NCBI GenBank assembly: GCA_007135955.1
Contig: SLHW01000025.1
Location: forward strand, 1 to 36,328
Reading direction: 5' to 3'
From: Candidatus Saccharimonadota bacterium
GTDB lineage: Bacteria > Patescibacteriota > Saccharimonadia > Saccharimonadales > SLHW01
DNA: 36,328 nt
Shown: positions 15,761-24,804 of the stretch, piece after piece
How positions within the stretch are numbered: the stretch's first letter is position 1
How the letters are laid out: the number at the start of each line of letters is the position of its first letter
Notes under the pieces: generated by a model
Told to the model about the DNA's origin: nothing
Databases searched by the model: none
What the model saw: only the letters and a program-made list of their open reading frames with translations
Translations under genes and position numbers: made by a program

Positions 15761-16843
15761 ATGAGTAAAAAAGCGAGACAGACAAATCCGTCTAGGCCAC
15801 TTGGCATAGCAGCGCTTATTGCTGTAGGTATCGGTATATTGTTTTTGGCGCCATTCTTTGGCGTAATCGTAACATCCATTATATTAGCGTTCAGCTTTGC
15901 GCCAGTTAATCGCTGGTTTGCCAAGCGAACCAAAAACCCAAATAGCGCACCCGCTCTAACACTGCTCACTGCCTTTCTGCTCCTAATAATTCCCTTGCTG
16001 GCAGTTACTGGAATCACCGTTGCACAAACCCGAATACTCGCTACCGACCTTCAGGAGGTTGTTCAGGGCGTATCAATTGATCGTGATACCCAGCAGTTGG
16101 TTACGAGCTTAAGTGAAAGTATTACAACCTTAAGTGGTGGTGTATTTACGGTGAGCGAAGACGAAGTCATCGAGTACGCGTCTAGCGCCGGTATAGAAAT
16201 TGCCAATACAATACTTACCGGTCTTACCAACCTTATCACTAATACGCCAGCTTTTTTTGCATCTTTCATATTGTTTATATATATCTTTCTCGCAGTACTG
16301 CGATATCAAAAAGATATCCTTCACTTTCTTAAGCGGATTAACCCTCTTGGTGATGATGTGTATGAATTATTCCTGTCAAGGGCAGGTGCTATGACTAACG
16401 GTATGGTTCGCGGTCAACTCTTGATAGCTCTGGCGCAAGGAACTATCGGCATTATTACCTTTGCAATTGCTGGTATGCCCTACTTGGGTTTCTTCTTTTT
16501 GCTGCTCAGCTTCCTATCTATCATTCCGCTGGGAAGCGGTGTTATTAGTTTCCCAGTAGGCTTTATACTGCTCCTAACTGGAAATATCTGGCAAGGCTTA
16601 GTGGTGCTTCTCGGACACCTATTCATTGTGAACAATATCGATAATGTCCTACGGCCAATTCTAATACCGAAGGAGGCTCGGCTTCCAGCAGCCCTGATAC
16701 TTATTGGTGTTTTTGCTGGACTGGCAATCTTTGGATTCCTTGGGTTGTTTATTGGCCCGGTGCTTCTTATTTTGCTGCTAACTACACTTGAGGTATATGC
16801 CGCAAGTAAAGAGACTGAAAAACTAGCTCTTCAAAATAAATGA
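15761..16843 (+). CDS. AI-2E family transporter
   Basis: GQLLIALAQG, S.IP.GSG, NIDNVLRP and GL..FGFLGLFIGP motifs. Confidence 0.92.
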   Translation: MSKKARQTNPSRPLGIAALIAVGIGILFLAPFFGVIVTSIILAFSFAPVNRWFAKRTKNPNSAPALTLLTAFLLLIIPLLAVTGITVAQTRILATDLQEVVQGVSIDRDTQQLVTSLSESITTLSGGVFTVSEDEVIEYASSAGIEIANTILTGLTNLITNTPAFFASFILFIYIFLAVLRYQKDILHFLKRINPLGDDVYELFLSRAGAMTNGMVRGQLLIALAQGTIGIITFAIAGMPYLGFFFLLLSFLSIIPLGSGVISFPVGFILLLTGNIWQGLVVLLGHLFIVNNIDNVLRPILIPKEARLPAALILIGVFAGLAIFGFLGLFIGPVLLILLLTTLEVYAASKETEKLALQNK

Positions 16844-17808
16844 TTCCACCCAATCAGTCAAACAGGCCACTCATTAAAGATACTAAAGTTGTTGGTACAT
16901 CATTTGTAGTAAGCATCTCTGATGTCTTGATAAACGCTGTTGTGGCTGCCGTCACCGGAAGTGTTGTTATGTTGTCACAGGCGCTGCAAGGCTTTTCTGA
17001 TCTTGTTACAACCGGCTTACTTTACCGTGGAGTAAAGGTCAGCAAGCGTAAGCGTGACGAAAAGCATCATTTTGGCTATGGCAGAGAATTATTTTTTTGG
17101 GTGATTATTGCTGGAGTGTTCATGTTTTTTGGTACTGGTATGTTGTCAGTATATTTTGGCCTGCAGCAAATACTTAACCCACAACCACTTGATGATATTT
17201 CAATTGCAATAGTGGTGTTAATAATCAGTTTAGTAGCTAATTCGTACGCCTTCTCACTGAGCGTACGACGGCTAAAGCACAGCTCAGCCAAAACATCCCT
17301 CATACAGCACATCCGCTCATCATCGATGATTGAAACCAAATCAACATTTTTAATAGATTTCCTAGGAACCCTTGCGGCCATAATTGGCCTCATTGCAATA
17401 TCTTCATTCATACTAACCGGAAACAGCCAATTCGATGGTCTTGGTGGATTAACAATTGGGCTTTTAATGATGATAGGCTCAATTATGATTATCACAGACG
17501 TAAAAGGTTTAATTGTTGGACGAGCCGTGTCACGAGAGGTAGCTCAAAAGATAAATGTTGCTGCGCTCAGCGTTCAGCATGTTGAGAGGATACTTGATTT
17601 ACGAACAACCTATATTGGTTCTGCAAGGTTACTTATTATTATCGAGGTGCATCTTGACGATCACCTAACTACAAACGAAATCGAGCTCATAAGTGATGAG
17701 ATTAAGTCAGCCATTAAGCTAGATGTCCCTCATGCCCATATCATACAAGTTGAAATTGAGACACCTGACGAAGAGCTAAATCTAGCGGGAAACAGAGAAA
17801 AGCTATGA
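16840..17808 (+). CDS. Cation diffusion facilitator family transporter
   Basis: TGS..MLS, D..H.FGYGRE, FDG.G...IG, L.G and a C-terminal metallochaperone-like domain. Confidence 0.9.
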   Translation: MIPPNQSNRPLIKDTKVVGTSFVVSISDVLINAVVAAVTGSVVMLSQALQGFSDLVTTGLLYRGVKVSKRKRDEKHHFGYGRELFFWVIIAGVFMFFGTGMLSVYFGLQQILNPQPLDDISIAIVVLIISLVANSYAFSLSVRRLKHSSAKTSLIQHIRSSSMIETKSTFLIDFLGTLAAIIGLIAISSFILTGNSQFDGLGGLTIGLLMMIGSIMIITDVKGLIVGRAVSREVAQKINVAALSVQHVERILDLRTTYIGSARLLIIIEVHLDDHLTTNEIELISDEIKSAIKLDVPHAHIIQVEIETPDEELNLAGNREKL

Positions 17809-18482
17809 ACCGAGAAAGGGTACAATTTTTCATATTTGTAGTTATCATAGTTACTGCGTTTGTTTTAGTTGACCGCTTTGATGTATTTGGAAAAGAGAAC
17901 ATCGAGCTTTGGCAACAGTGGATTAATTCTCTTGGATTGCTCGCACCAGTTGGATTTACTGTTATCTATACCATTGGATCGATGCTCTTCTTGCCCGGTA
18001 CAATATTCACCCTTTTGGGCGGAGCAGCATTCGGTGTATTCTGGGGTAGCGTCTTAAGTATAATAGCTTCAACTACCGGTGCTATTGCAGCCTATTGGAT
18101 TGCTCGAAAATTAGGAAAAACTACCGTGGATGCATTCGTTGAAAACAAGTTTAAGCGTATCACCGACTATAACGACCAGGTTGAAAAAAATGGTTTCCTG
18201 ACTGTTTTACTACTAAGAATTACCCCGCTCATTCCTTATAATGGCCTGAACTTTGCGCTCGCTTACTCCCCAGTTCGCTTACGAGACTATGCACTAGCAA
18301 CCCTAATCGGCAATGCACCAAGCATTGTTGCCTATGTGTATCTTGGTGAAGCAATTGCATCGTTATCTGCTACCAATATCACGTATGCCGTTATTGGCAT
18401 TGCTGTCTATATGCTACTAACCTGGCGCTTGGCCAAGCGACTAAACCAACCAGCTAACGATAAAAATCAGCCTCAAGGCTAA
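17805..18482 (+). CDS. TVP38/TMEM64 (DedA superfamily) membrane protein
   Basis: LFLPG...L.GG..FG...G, GA..AY.IAR.LG and LRITPLIPY...N motifs. Confidence 0.92.
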   Translation: MNRERVQFFIFVVIIVTAFVLVDRFDVFGKENIELWQQWINSLGLLAPVGFTVIYTIGSMLFLPGTIFTLLGGAAFGVFWGSVLSIIASTTGAIAAYWIARKLGKTTVDAFVENKFKRITDYNDQVEKNGFLTVLLLRITPLIPYNGLNFALAYSPVRLRDYALATLIGNAPSIVAYVYLGEAIASLSATNITYAVIGIAVYMLLTWRLAKRLNQPANDKNQPQG

Positions 18483-18848
18483 TTTTCTGTTAGACTAGAA
18501 TTCAGTTTAAAGACTAGCGGCCCTGATAATATCTTGCCTACGTGTCACAAGCGATCCTGTTGTAGCCCTTGCACCAATATAAAACTACTCGCCACAGTAA
18601 GTATTAAAACGATTATCCTAAAAAGAGTAGCGGTAAGCGCTATAGAGACTTAGCCAGTAAATGTATGTAAAGGGTAGTAACTAGGTTAGAAAAGTTACCC
18701 GTGAAATATTAAATTGCATTAGTTATTAAGAGCTGACTAGAAAGATAAGCAATCTCATTCTGGTAGCTTACTACAAAAGAAAACCTACCGGCATATTTTA
18801 TCGACAGGTGCTTCATTTGCATAGACTTGCTAAGGTATAATAAAGCAT

Positions 18849-19601
18849 ATGCCTCAAAAATATTGCACCAACTGCGGTAAGACAATTCATAAATCAGCCA
18901 ACTACTGCCAGTTCTGTGGTGCTGCTCAACAATGGTTTGAAGCATTAGCCCAACAGGCGATAGCCAAGCAATCTGTTCTCAATCAGGCTACTGAAATCCA
19001 TGATAACCACCAGAAGGCTACGGACCATGATCATACTCGTAATCACGATTCGGGCGAGCCTAAAAATACTGAGAAGAAACAAAAAACTATCGAAAAACAA
19101 CGGCTTTGCCAACGAGCTGTTTGGTCATTTTATTTAAGTTATATTGCCAAGACAAGCCTGCTGTTCTTTCTATTTGTTGTCGGCGTTGTATTTGAGCCAT
19201 TGTTGTTTGGTTTATTGCTCGGAGCCTATCTCATTATCTTATACCTAATTGCTATCACGGTGCATCAAAATTACTATTACGAAGTGAACACTTCAGCTTT
19301 TCGTAAAGAGTATGGCGTTGTACACAAAACTGACGTTACTATTCCATTCAACCGAATCCAGAATGTCAATATCACTCGCAGTCTGAGCGATAGAGTCTTG
19401 GGTCTTGCGCGGGTGGACATTGAGAGCGCCGGTAGCTCATCGACAACTAGCCGTAGTGTTGGAGGCGGTAGTAGCACTAAGTCTGAAGGCCACTTGCCTG
19501 GCGTGACTATTCCGCAAGCCAAGGCTATACACGATCTGCTAATTGAAAAATTTGGTGACTTTCAGCAATACCCGGGATCTGCTAACTCAGGCAACCCGTA
19601 G
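18849..19601 (+). CDS. Zinc-ribbon plus 2-TM plus bacterial PH domain (YdbS-like) protein
   Basis: CTNCG..CQFCG ribbon, and Y.Y......K.YGV......IPFNRIQNV....DR.LGLA.V.IESAG. Confidence 0.85.
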   Translation: MPQKYCTNCGKTIHKSANYCQFCGAAQQWFEALAQQAIAKQSVLNQATEIHDNHQKATDHDHTRNHDSGEPKNTEKKQKTIEKQRLCQRAVWSFYLSYIAKTSLLFFLFVVGVVFEPLLFGLLLGAYLIILYLIAITVHQNYYYEVNTSAFRKEYGVVHKTDVTIPFNRIQNVNITRSLSDRVLGLARVDIESAGSSSTTSRSVGGGSSTKSEGHLPGVTIPQAKAIHDLLIEKFGDFQQYPGSANSGNP

Positions 19602-19605
19602 ATAA

Positions 19606-20295
19606 CTAGTCATCTGTATTGCTTGTAGCTGTTGAGGTTACTAAGAAATAATTACTAACAATACCGACTACAGTTCCAATTAAAGCAAGCCCAAATATCA
19701 TCAAGACCATAGCAATCACCCGACCTTCTAGTGTCAGCGGGTATATGTCACCATAGCCGACGCTCGTCGCAGTCACTATCGCCCACCAGGTGGCGTCAAA
19801 GAAACTATCAACATCAGGATTAGTTGCTTGTTCAAATTGATAAAAGCTAGCTGCCCCAGTGAAAACGATGATGGTAGCAAAAAGCGCGATAAAAATATAA
19901 CGCGAACTGTGTCGTGATACTAATTCAGTCCGCTCGCTTAATGCTTTAATTCGAGCATACAGTCGAACAATACGGAGTAATCGCAGTAGTTGAATTGAGC
20001 GGAGTGCCTGAAAGGTAGTTTGTGTTACTGGTATCGAAGCTAGTAATAGGTACCAGTTTTTTTGAAAATACTTTTTCTTGTCGTTTGCCATAGCTAATTC
20101 GTATCCAAAATCAGCGAGGAAAATCATTGCGATAATCAGATCTAGTGCATATACCAATCTAGTTTGTTCGGTAGCTAATTCTAAGCTTAGCTCTAGTATC
20201 AACAGCCCTGCGGAAAGTAGTGCCAATGTAGCAATTACAAGATCCCGCCAAAGCGACTGTCGATGCGGCAAAAGCTGTACCACTAATGATTTCAT
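19606..20295 (-). CDS. Voltage-gated-type potassium channel (6-TM ion transporter)
   Basis: S4-like LRSIQLLRLLRIVR and pore WWAIVTATSVGYGDIYP.T..GR. Confidence 0.93.
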   Translation of the reverse strand: MKSLVVQLLPHRQSLWRDLVIATLALLSAGLLILELSLELATEQTRLVYALDLIIAMIFLADFGYELAMANDKKKYFQKNWYLLLASIPVTQTTFQALRSIQLLRLLRIVRLYARIKALSERTELVSRHSSRYIFIALFATIIVFTGAASFYQFEQATNPDVDSFFDATWWAIVTATSVGYGDIYPLTLEGRVIAMVLMIFGLALIGTVVGIVSNYFLVTSTATSNTDD

Positions 20296-20348
20296 TACCT
20301 ATAGTGTAGCAAACCTTAAGGATAATTCGGCTACTTTGACAATCCAAT

Positions 20349-20723
20349 TCAATTCGGGAACGATTTAGTCATGCCGCTCAGGGCAATGACACCCATCGAT
20401 TGCGTCTTCGCTGCTTCCGACTCAGGGAAAAAATTAGACATTTCCTCCATTATTGCTCCAGTGTTTGGCCGGAAGTCAGGGTTGGCTTCTTGCACCATAT
20501 AAACAAAGTCTGCCACCATAGCTTGTGCCTGATCTGGACATTCGATACCATATACCCTCAACAAATCTGGCAACATCTGCTCGACTTGCCTGGTATCAGC
20601 ACTGTCGTAGAGTTGACTCTCTTCTTTTACTCTTGCTGGTTCCGCCAACTCAACTACTTCGCTTGAATCGCCCAGAGTAGGCCGAGTAGTCCTTGCTTCG
20701 AAACTTGCTTCATGAAAACCCAT
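20349..20723 (-). CDS. Hypothetical acidic protein
   Basis: 124-aa ORF with AGGAGG RBS (20731-20736). No recognised motif. Confidence 0.7.
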   Translation of the reverse strand: MGFHEASFEARTTRPTLGDSSEVVELAEPARVKEESQLYDSADTRQVEQMLPDLLRVYGIECPDQAQAMVADFVYMVQEANPDFRPNTGAIMEEMSNFFPESEAAKTQSMGVIALSGMTKSFPN

Positions 20724-20744
20724 ACTATTTCCTCCTTATAAATT

Positions 20745-20779
20745 AAAAAACTCCGAGTTTCTTGGTTGAAACTTCGGAG
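20745..20779 (-). terminator. Intrinsic terminator in the 5' leader of 20349-20723 (attenuator)
   Basis: Minus strand CTCCGAAGTTTC-AACCAA-GAAACTCGGAG followed by T6. Confidence 0.8.
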
Positions 20780-20808
20780 GATGTATTTTGTTTTACTTAC
20801 TTATGTAT

Positions 20809-20892
20809 TTATGAAGCTTCAACCATAGCAATATCACCAATTAGCTCAATAATAATTGCTAGTAACTGGTGAAAGGCTGTTGTAGCATTCAT
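20809..20892 (-). CDS. Putative 27-aa leader peptide MNATTAFHQLLAIIIELIGDIAMVEAS
   Basis: Hand-translated. ATG lies 7 nt after the -10 box and the stop lies about 30 nt before the terminator. Below the ORF-track size cut-off. Confidence 0.6.
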   Translation of the reverse strand: MNATTAFHQLLAIIIELIGDIAMVEAS

Positions 20893-20899
20893 GTCATAA

Positions 20900-20928
20900 G
20901 TTATACGCAATTAAAGGTTCGTGGTCAA
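20900..20928 (-). promoter_or_regulatory. Sigma70-type promoter for the leader peptide and orphan gene
   Basis: TTGACC (20923-20928), 17 bp spacer, TATAAC (20900-20905). Confidence 0.65.
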
Positions 20929-20985
20929 GCTTATTATATTTTAGAGTGAATAACCTTAGAAGAATGCATGAAATATATTGAGAGT

Positions 20986-21333
20986 TTAGAAGTGCCCTAT
21001 TTCTTTTTGGATAGTGGCTTCGTACTCAGGAAAATATCTAGAGATAACCGGCAGATCGAATTCAGCAAGGATTGACTCTTTTGGTTCGCGTTCGAGCAAA
21101 AAATGAAATGATTGAATTATTACCGTCTCGACTGACGCTGCTCCATTGGTCAATTCTTCAAAATAACTCCTTGAAATATGAACACTATGCTCAGTCTTGG
21201 ATCCGTCTGGTGAAGCAACGACAACCTTAAAAATCGCCCCTGGAAAATCTTGCTGCTGAGTAACTGTCACCGTATGATCTGAGCTATTCAACTTTCGTAT
21301 CCCGCTTGATGGTTTGATTACGATCTGGCCCAA
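20986..21333 (-). CDS. Conserved hypothetical protein (start uncertain, perhaps near the purA stop)
   Basis: C-terminal SF.FLLEREPKESIL..FDL.VISRYFPEYE looks like a conserved family motif. The 5' part overlaps purA. Confidence 0.7.
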   Translation of the reverse strand: MGQIVIKPSSGIRKLNSSDHTVTVTQQQDFPGAIFKVVVASPDGSKTEHSVHISRSYFEELTNGAASVETVIIQSFHFLLEREPKESILAEFDLPVISRYFPEYEATIQKEIGHF

Positions 21334-22573
21334 CCGATACTATTGAAATTGGTAGTTTAAGTTCGTCTTCAATTAATGTAATGTAGTCTTTCATTGTATT
21401 CGGTAAATCATTCCACTCTTTTGCTGATGTGACATCCTCTTGCCAGCCAGTAACCGCTTGATATGCCGGACTGACTGTCGACTGACTTACGTCATAAGGA
21501 AAAGAGTTGGTGACTTCTCCATTTACTCCATTGTAGGCAGTTGCAATCTGTAGCGTATCAAAGCCAGACAGTACATCACCCTTCATCATAAATAATTTTG
21601 TGACTCCATTAATCATGCAGGCGTACCGCAGAGCGACTAGGTCAAGCCAACCACAGCGACGTTCCCGACCGGTAGTTGCGCCAAACTCGTGGCCATTCTT
21701 TTGGATAGTTTCGCCTGTTTCGTCAAAAAGCTCAGATGGGAATGGTCCTCCGCCAACCCGAGTACAATACGCCTTGAAAACTCCGAAGACGTCACCAATA
21801 GCACTCGGTGGCACCCCTAGGCCAGTACAAACACCGCCTGTGATGGTATGCGAAGAAGTGACGTAGGGATATGACCCATAACTTATATCCAGTAAGGTGC
21901 CTTGAGCTCCTTCAGCTAAAACGCGCTTTCCCTTTGAGAGTTGATCATTGAGGAAGTAACTATCGTCGACCTGTGGAATTTCGCGTAGCTGAGTAATCGC
22001 TTCGTGCCACTCGATCATGGCTGACCCTAAATCATATTCGCTATAGTCAAGCCATTCAAGCTGCTGCTGATGGCGATCAATTAGCGCCTGTAGTCGCTCA
22101 TCAAAATCTGGCAAAAGAATGTCACCGACTCGTAGCCCATGTCTAGACACTTTGTCTGTATATGCTGGGCCAATACCACGAAGTGTACTGCCGATTGCCT
22201 GTTTGCCTTTACGCCTCTCATAGGCAGCGTCGAGAAAGCGATGAGTAGGTAAAATCAAGTGAGTTTTTTGCGCAATCTTCAAACGATCTACAATTGAAAA
22301 CCCACCTTCAGCCACCTCGGCAATCTCAGCCGCCAGCACTACTGGATCTAGCACCATGCCATTACCGATTAGGTTGACGGTATTTTCTTGGAAAATCCCT
22401 GAAGGAAGACAGTGAAGTACATACTTCTTGTCATCAAATACAAGTGTGTGACCAGCATTTGGCCCACCCTGAAAACGGACAATTACATCGTATGTAGGAG
22501 CTAAGACATCAACAACCTTGCCCTTGCCTTCATCGCCCCATTGCAACCCCAATAATACGTCTATCTTGCTCAT
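21284..22573 (-). CDS. purA: Adenylosuccinate synthetase
   Basis: GLQWGDEGKGK, RFQGGPNAGHT, GIGPAY.DK, EGAQG.LLD..YG.YPYVTSS and EFGATTGR.RRCGWLD motifs. Confidence 0.98.
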   Translation of the reverse strand: MSKIDVLLGLQWGDEGKGKVVDVLAPTYDVIVRFQGGPNAGHTLVFDDKKYVLHCLPSGIFQENTVNLIGNGMVLDPVVLAAEIAEVAEGGFSIVDRLKIAQKTHLILPTHRFLDAAYERRKGKQAIGSTLRGIGPAYTDKVSRHGLRVGDILLPDFDERLQALIDRHQQQLEWLDYSEYDLGSAMIEWHEAITQLREIPQVDDSYFLNDQLSKGKRVLAEGAQGTLLDISYGSYPYVTSSHTITGGVCTGLGVPPSAIGDVFGVFKAYCTRVGGGPFPSELFDETGETIQKNGHEFGATTGRERRCGWLDLVALRYACMINGVTKLFMMKGDVLSGFDTLQIATAYNGVNGEVTNSFPYDVSQSTVSPAYQAVTGWQEDVTSAKEWNDLPNTMKDYITLIEDELKLPISIVSVGPDRNQTIKRDTKVE

Positions 22574-22597
22574 TAGCTGAAGTATACCAGTTTCGGA

Positions 22598-22840
22598 TTA
22601 AAGTTCGTATTTTTCTGCGTGTTCGTTTAGGCTGCTCAAAAAATCTTTTGCCTGTTTTCGAGTTAAGGCAACTCGAGCTACAACATGCTGCTGATCTGGT
22701 TGTGGCAAAGCCTGAGCAAAAGTAAAGGTCACTACATGCTCATTTGAACCAATCAAGTAAGAATCCGCATACAAAACTGGTGTCTTGCCGGGGTCCATAT
22801 TAAAATTGACGTTGCGTTTTTGAGTTGGCTCATCTGCCAT
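22598..22840 (-). CDS. DUF3467-like small protein
   Basis: P.LYAD.....F.F.Q....V.ARV.L....AK..L pattern. AAGGGAG RBS. Confidence 0.65.
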   Translation of the reverse strand: MADEPTQKRNVNFNMDPGKTPVLYADSYLIGSNEHVVTFTFAQALPQPDQQHVVARVALTRKQAKDFLSSLNEHAEKYEL

Positions 22841-22900
22841 AGTACTTTTCTCCCTTAATTATATCCTCTCTTATCCTAGCAGGTTCGCTATACTGATGCT

Positions 22901-23470
22901 ATGGCAAATAAGAAATACATTGATCCAGAGCTCTTGGAAAATGGCGATAGCAGAAACGTTATTGACAAGTATAAAACCTGGAAAGTCTCTGCGATTAAAC
23001 ACGACCTAAGAAAAAAAGCTTTTTCATTGCACGTTGCCATTGAGAATTATCAGCACGACTACAACATCGGCTCAATAGTTAGAACGGCAAATGCCTGTAA
23101 CGTGAGCGGTGTGCACATTATTGGTAAGCGACACTGGAATCGACGTGGCGCTATGGCTACCGAGAAATATCTCGCTGTATATCATCACGCTGCAGTTGCT
23201 GATTTCTTATCCTGGAAAAACACCCATGCAACATCGTTAGCATTGATTGGTATTGACAATATTGATGGCAGCGAACCATTAACAGGTGCACCCCTGCCTG
23301 CTCAGGCAATTTTAGTCTTTGGGCAAGAGGGGCCTGGCCTGTCAGCTGAAATGCAACAAGCCTGTGAGGCATTAGTGGCTATCGAGCAATTTGGTTCAAC
23401 ACGATCAGTCAACGTTGGCGTTGCTGCTGGTATCGTGATGTATGAATGGCTACGCCGAAATGTTCTTTAA
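22901..23470 (+). CDS. TrmH/SpoU family RNA methyltransferase
   Basis: EN.QHDYNIGSIVRTANA, LVFGQEGPGLS and I.QFGSTRSVNVGVAAGI.MYEW motifs. Confidence 0.93.
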   Translation: MANKKYIDPELLENGDSRNVIDKYKTWKVSAIKHDLRKKAFSLHVAIENYQHDYNIGSIVRTANACNVSGVHIIGKRHWNRRGAMATEKYLAVYHHAAVADFLSWKNTHATSLALIGIDNIDGSEPLTGAPLPAQAILVFGQEGPGLSAEMQQACEALVAIEQFGSTRSVNVGVAAGIVMYEWLRRNVL

Positions 23471-23473
23471 GCG

Positions 23474-23983
23474 CTACTGACCAACATTGTCAGTGTTGAA
23501 GTCAACCAATGGAACATAAGCCTCCCAGGCGGCTTCTTCTGCATCGCTAAGCTCTTGTGCTGCCTTAACCCACTCGCTGACTGTAGCTTCGCTAATAGCA
23601 ACCTCTTCTCCAATATCAAGAAGTGGAGCTCCGGCAGCTTGCGTCAAGTTTGTTTCAACGAATAATATTTGAGCTGATGATAGTGATACGTCAAACTTAA
23701 GACCATACGTCTGTGTTGCTTTGCGCGCCATCAGTGTGTAGGAGTCGCCTGGTTGCGCTACATATTGATACGATACGGAAGCTTCTTCTTCAGTATCTAC
23801 AGCTTCTACATTTTCTTCACTATTGTTCTGTTGCTCTTCTGCTGACTGCTCGTTTTCTTGAACTGATGCATCCAATGGATTTTGAGCATAAAGCTGCTGC
23901 AGTGATGCTGGTGCGAATAACGCAATGAACAGCGATGCAGACAGTACAAACATCCCCGCGTTAATTGCAAGTAGTAATTTCAT
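23474..23983 (-). CDS. Secreted acidic hypothetical protein
   Basis: Signal/TM, acidic linker, then Y.YVAQPGDSY..MARKA (LysM-like start only). ATG 23983 follows GGGAGA. Confidence 0.7.
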   Translation of the reverse strand: MKLLLAINAGMFVLSASLFIALFAPASLQQLYAQNPLDASVQENEQSAEEQQNNSEENVEAVDTEEEASVSYQYVAQPGDSYTLMARKATQTYGLKFDVSLSSAQILFVETNLTQAAGAPLLDIGEEVAISEATVSEWVKAAQELSDAEEAAWEAYVPLVDFNTDNVGQ

Positions 23984-24135
23984 AATAGATATCTCCCTGC
24001 CCACCACGTTTATTTTTTGCTTGTGCTTTTAGTATAGCAAATTAAAGCACTTAGCCAAACATTAGTCTCTGATAAAAATTGCTGTAATCCTTAATAAAAA
24101 TAACTAACGGAATTAGTGGCCTACAGTTACAATTG

Positions 24136-24786
24136 CTAAAGCAACGTCGACCAATAGAACCAGAATTGCACTACTATCATATAGATGACCGTGATAAACC
24201 AGAGCGCAGCAATAGTGAATGCGTGCTTAGCGATAAATGAAATTGTTATTTGAAGAGCACTGAACTTAAATTTAAGCACATTATGCCGTACGAGATATGC
24301 TGATACCACAAAGAAGAGCGGTGCAACCGCTAACCAGATTACTATACACCACGGACAAAGGGTGTTTAATATAAATAAGCTCTGATACACCAAGTACTGC
24401 ACAGACAAGAAACCGAAAAGCGAACCAATTAGCAACAACCGCCAAAACCACTGTGCAAGCTTAGTGGTAGCGAGCAATACGACGCCAACTGATATCAACA
24501 CACTGAACGTCGCTATTCCCAGAAATGAATGCGGTACACCAAACAGGCTTGCTTGAGCGCTCTCCATAATTGAACCGCAGTTCAAGATAGGGTTAATATC
24601 ACAAAGTGCAACTCTGTCTGGATCTACTAGACTTGCTAAGCGCTCCAGAGATAGAGCAAATGAAGCAATAAACCCAACAGCGCCCGAAATGATAAGATAA
24701 ATGCCTAAGCCACGCTGTCCAGCGTACCACTTTTTCTCTGATGGTTGTTTTCTAGAGTTAGATTTACTTATTTTTGATAGTTGCAT
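24136..24786 (-). CDS. Vitamin K epoxide reductase (VKOR) family protein
   Basis: CDINPILNC.S..S..FG.P and LCPWC motifs. Five TM segments. Confidence 0.93.
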   Translation of the reverse strand: MQLSKISKSNSRKQPSEKKWYAGQRGLGIYLIISGAVGFIASFALSLERLASLVDPDRVALCDINPILNCGSIMESAQASLFGVPHSFLGIATFSVLISVGVVLLATTKLAQWFWRLLLIGSLFGFLSVQYLVYQSLFILNTLCPWCIVIWLAVAPLFFVVSAYLVRHNVLKFKFSALQITISFIAKHAFTIAALWFITVIYMIVVQFWFYWSTLL

Positions 24787-24804
24787 GCAAGCAATAGTAT
24801 ACCA

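Noticed and set aside
19730..19790. Non-canonical K+ filter (SVGYG rather than TVGYG)
   Set aside because: Ser at this position occurs in known K+-selective channels (EAG/ERG SVGFG), so it is not evidence of changed selectivity.
21284..22573. PurZ (2-aminoadenine DNA pathway)
   Set aside because: It retains the catalytic Asp in GDEGKG, where PurZ has Ser, and there is no phage, dATPase or polymerase context.
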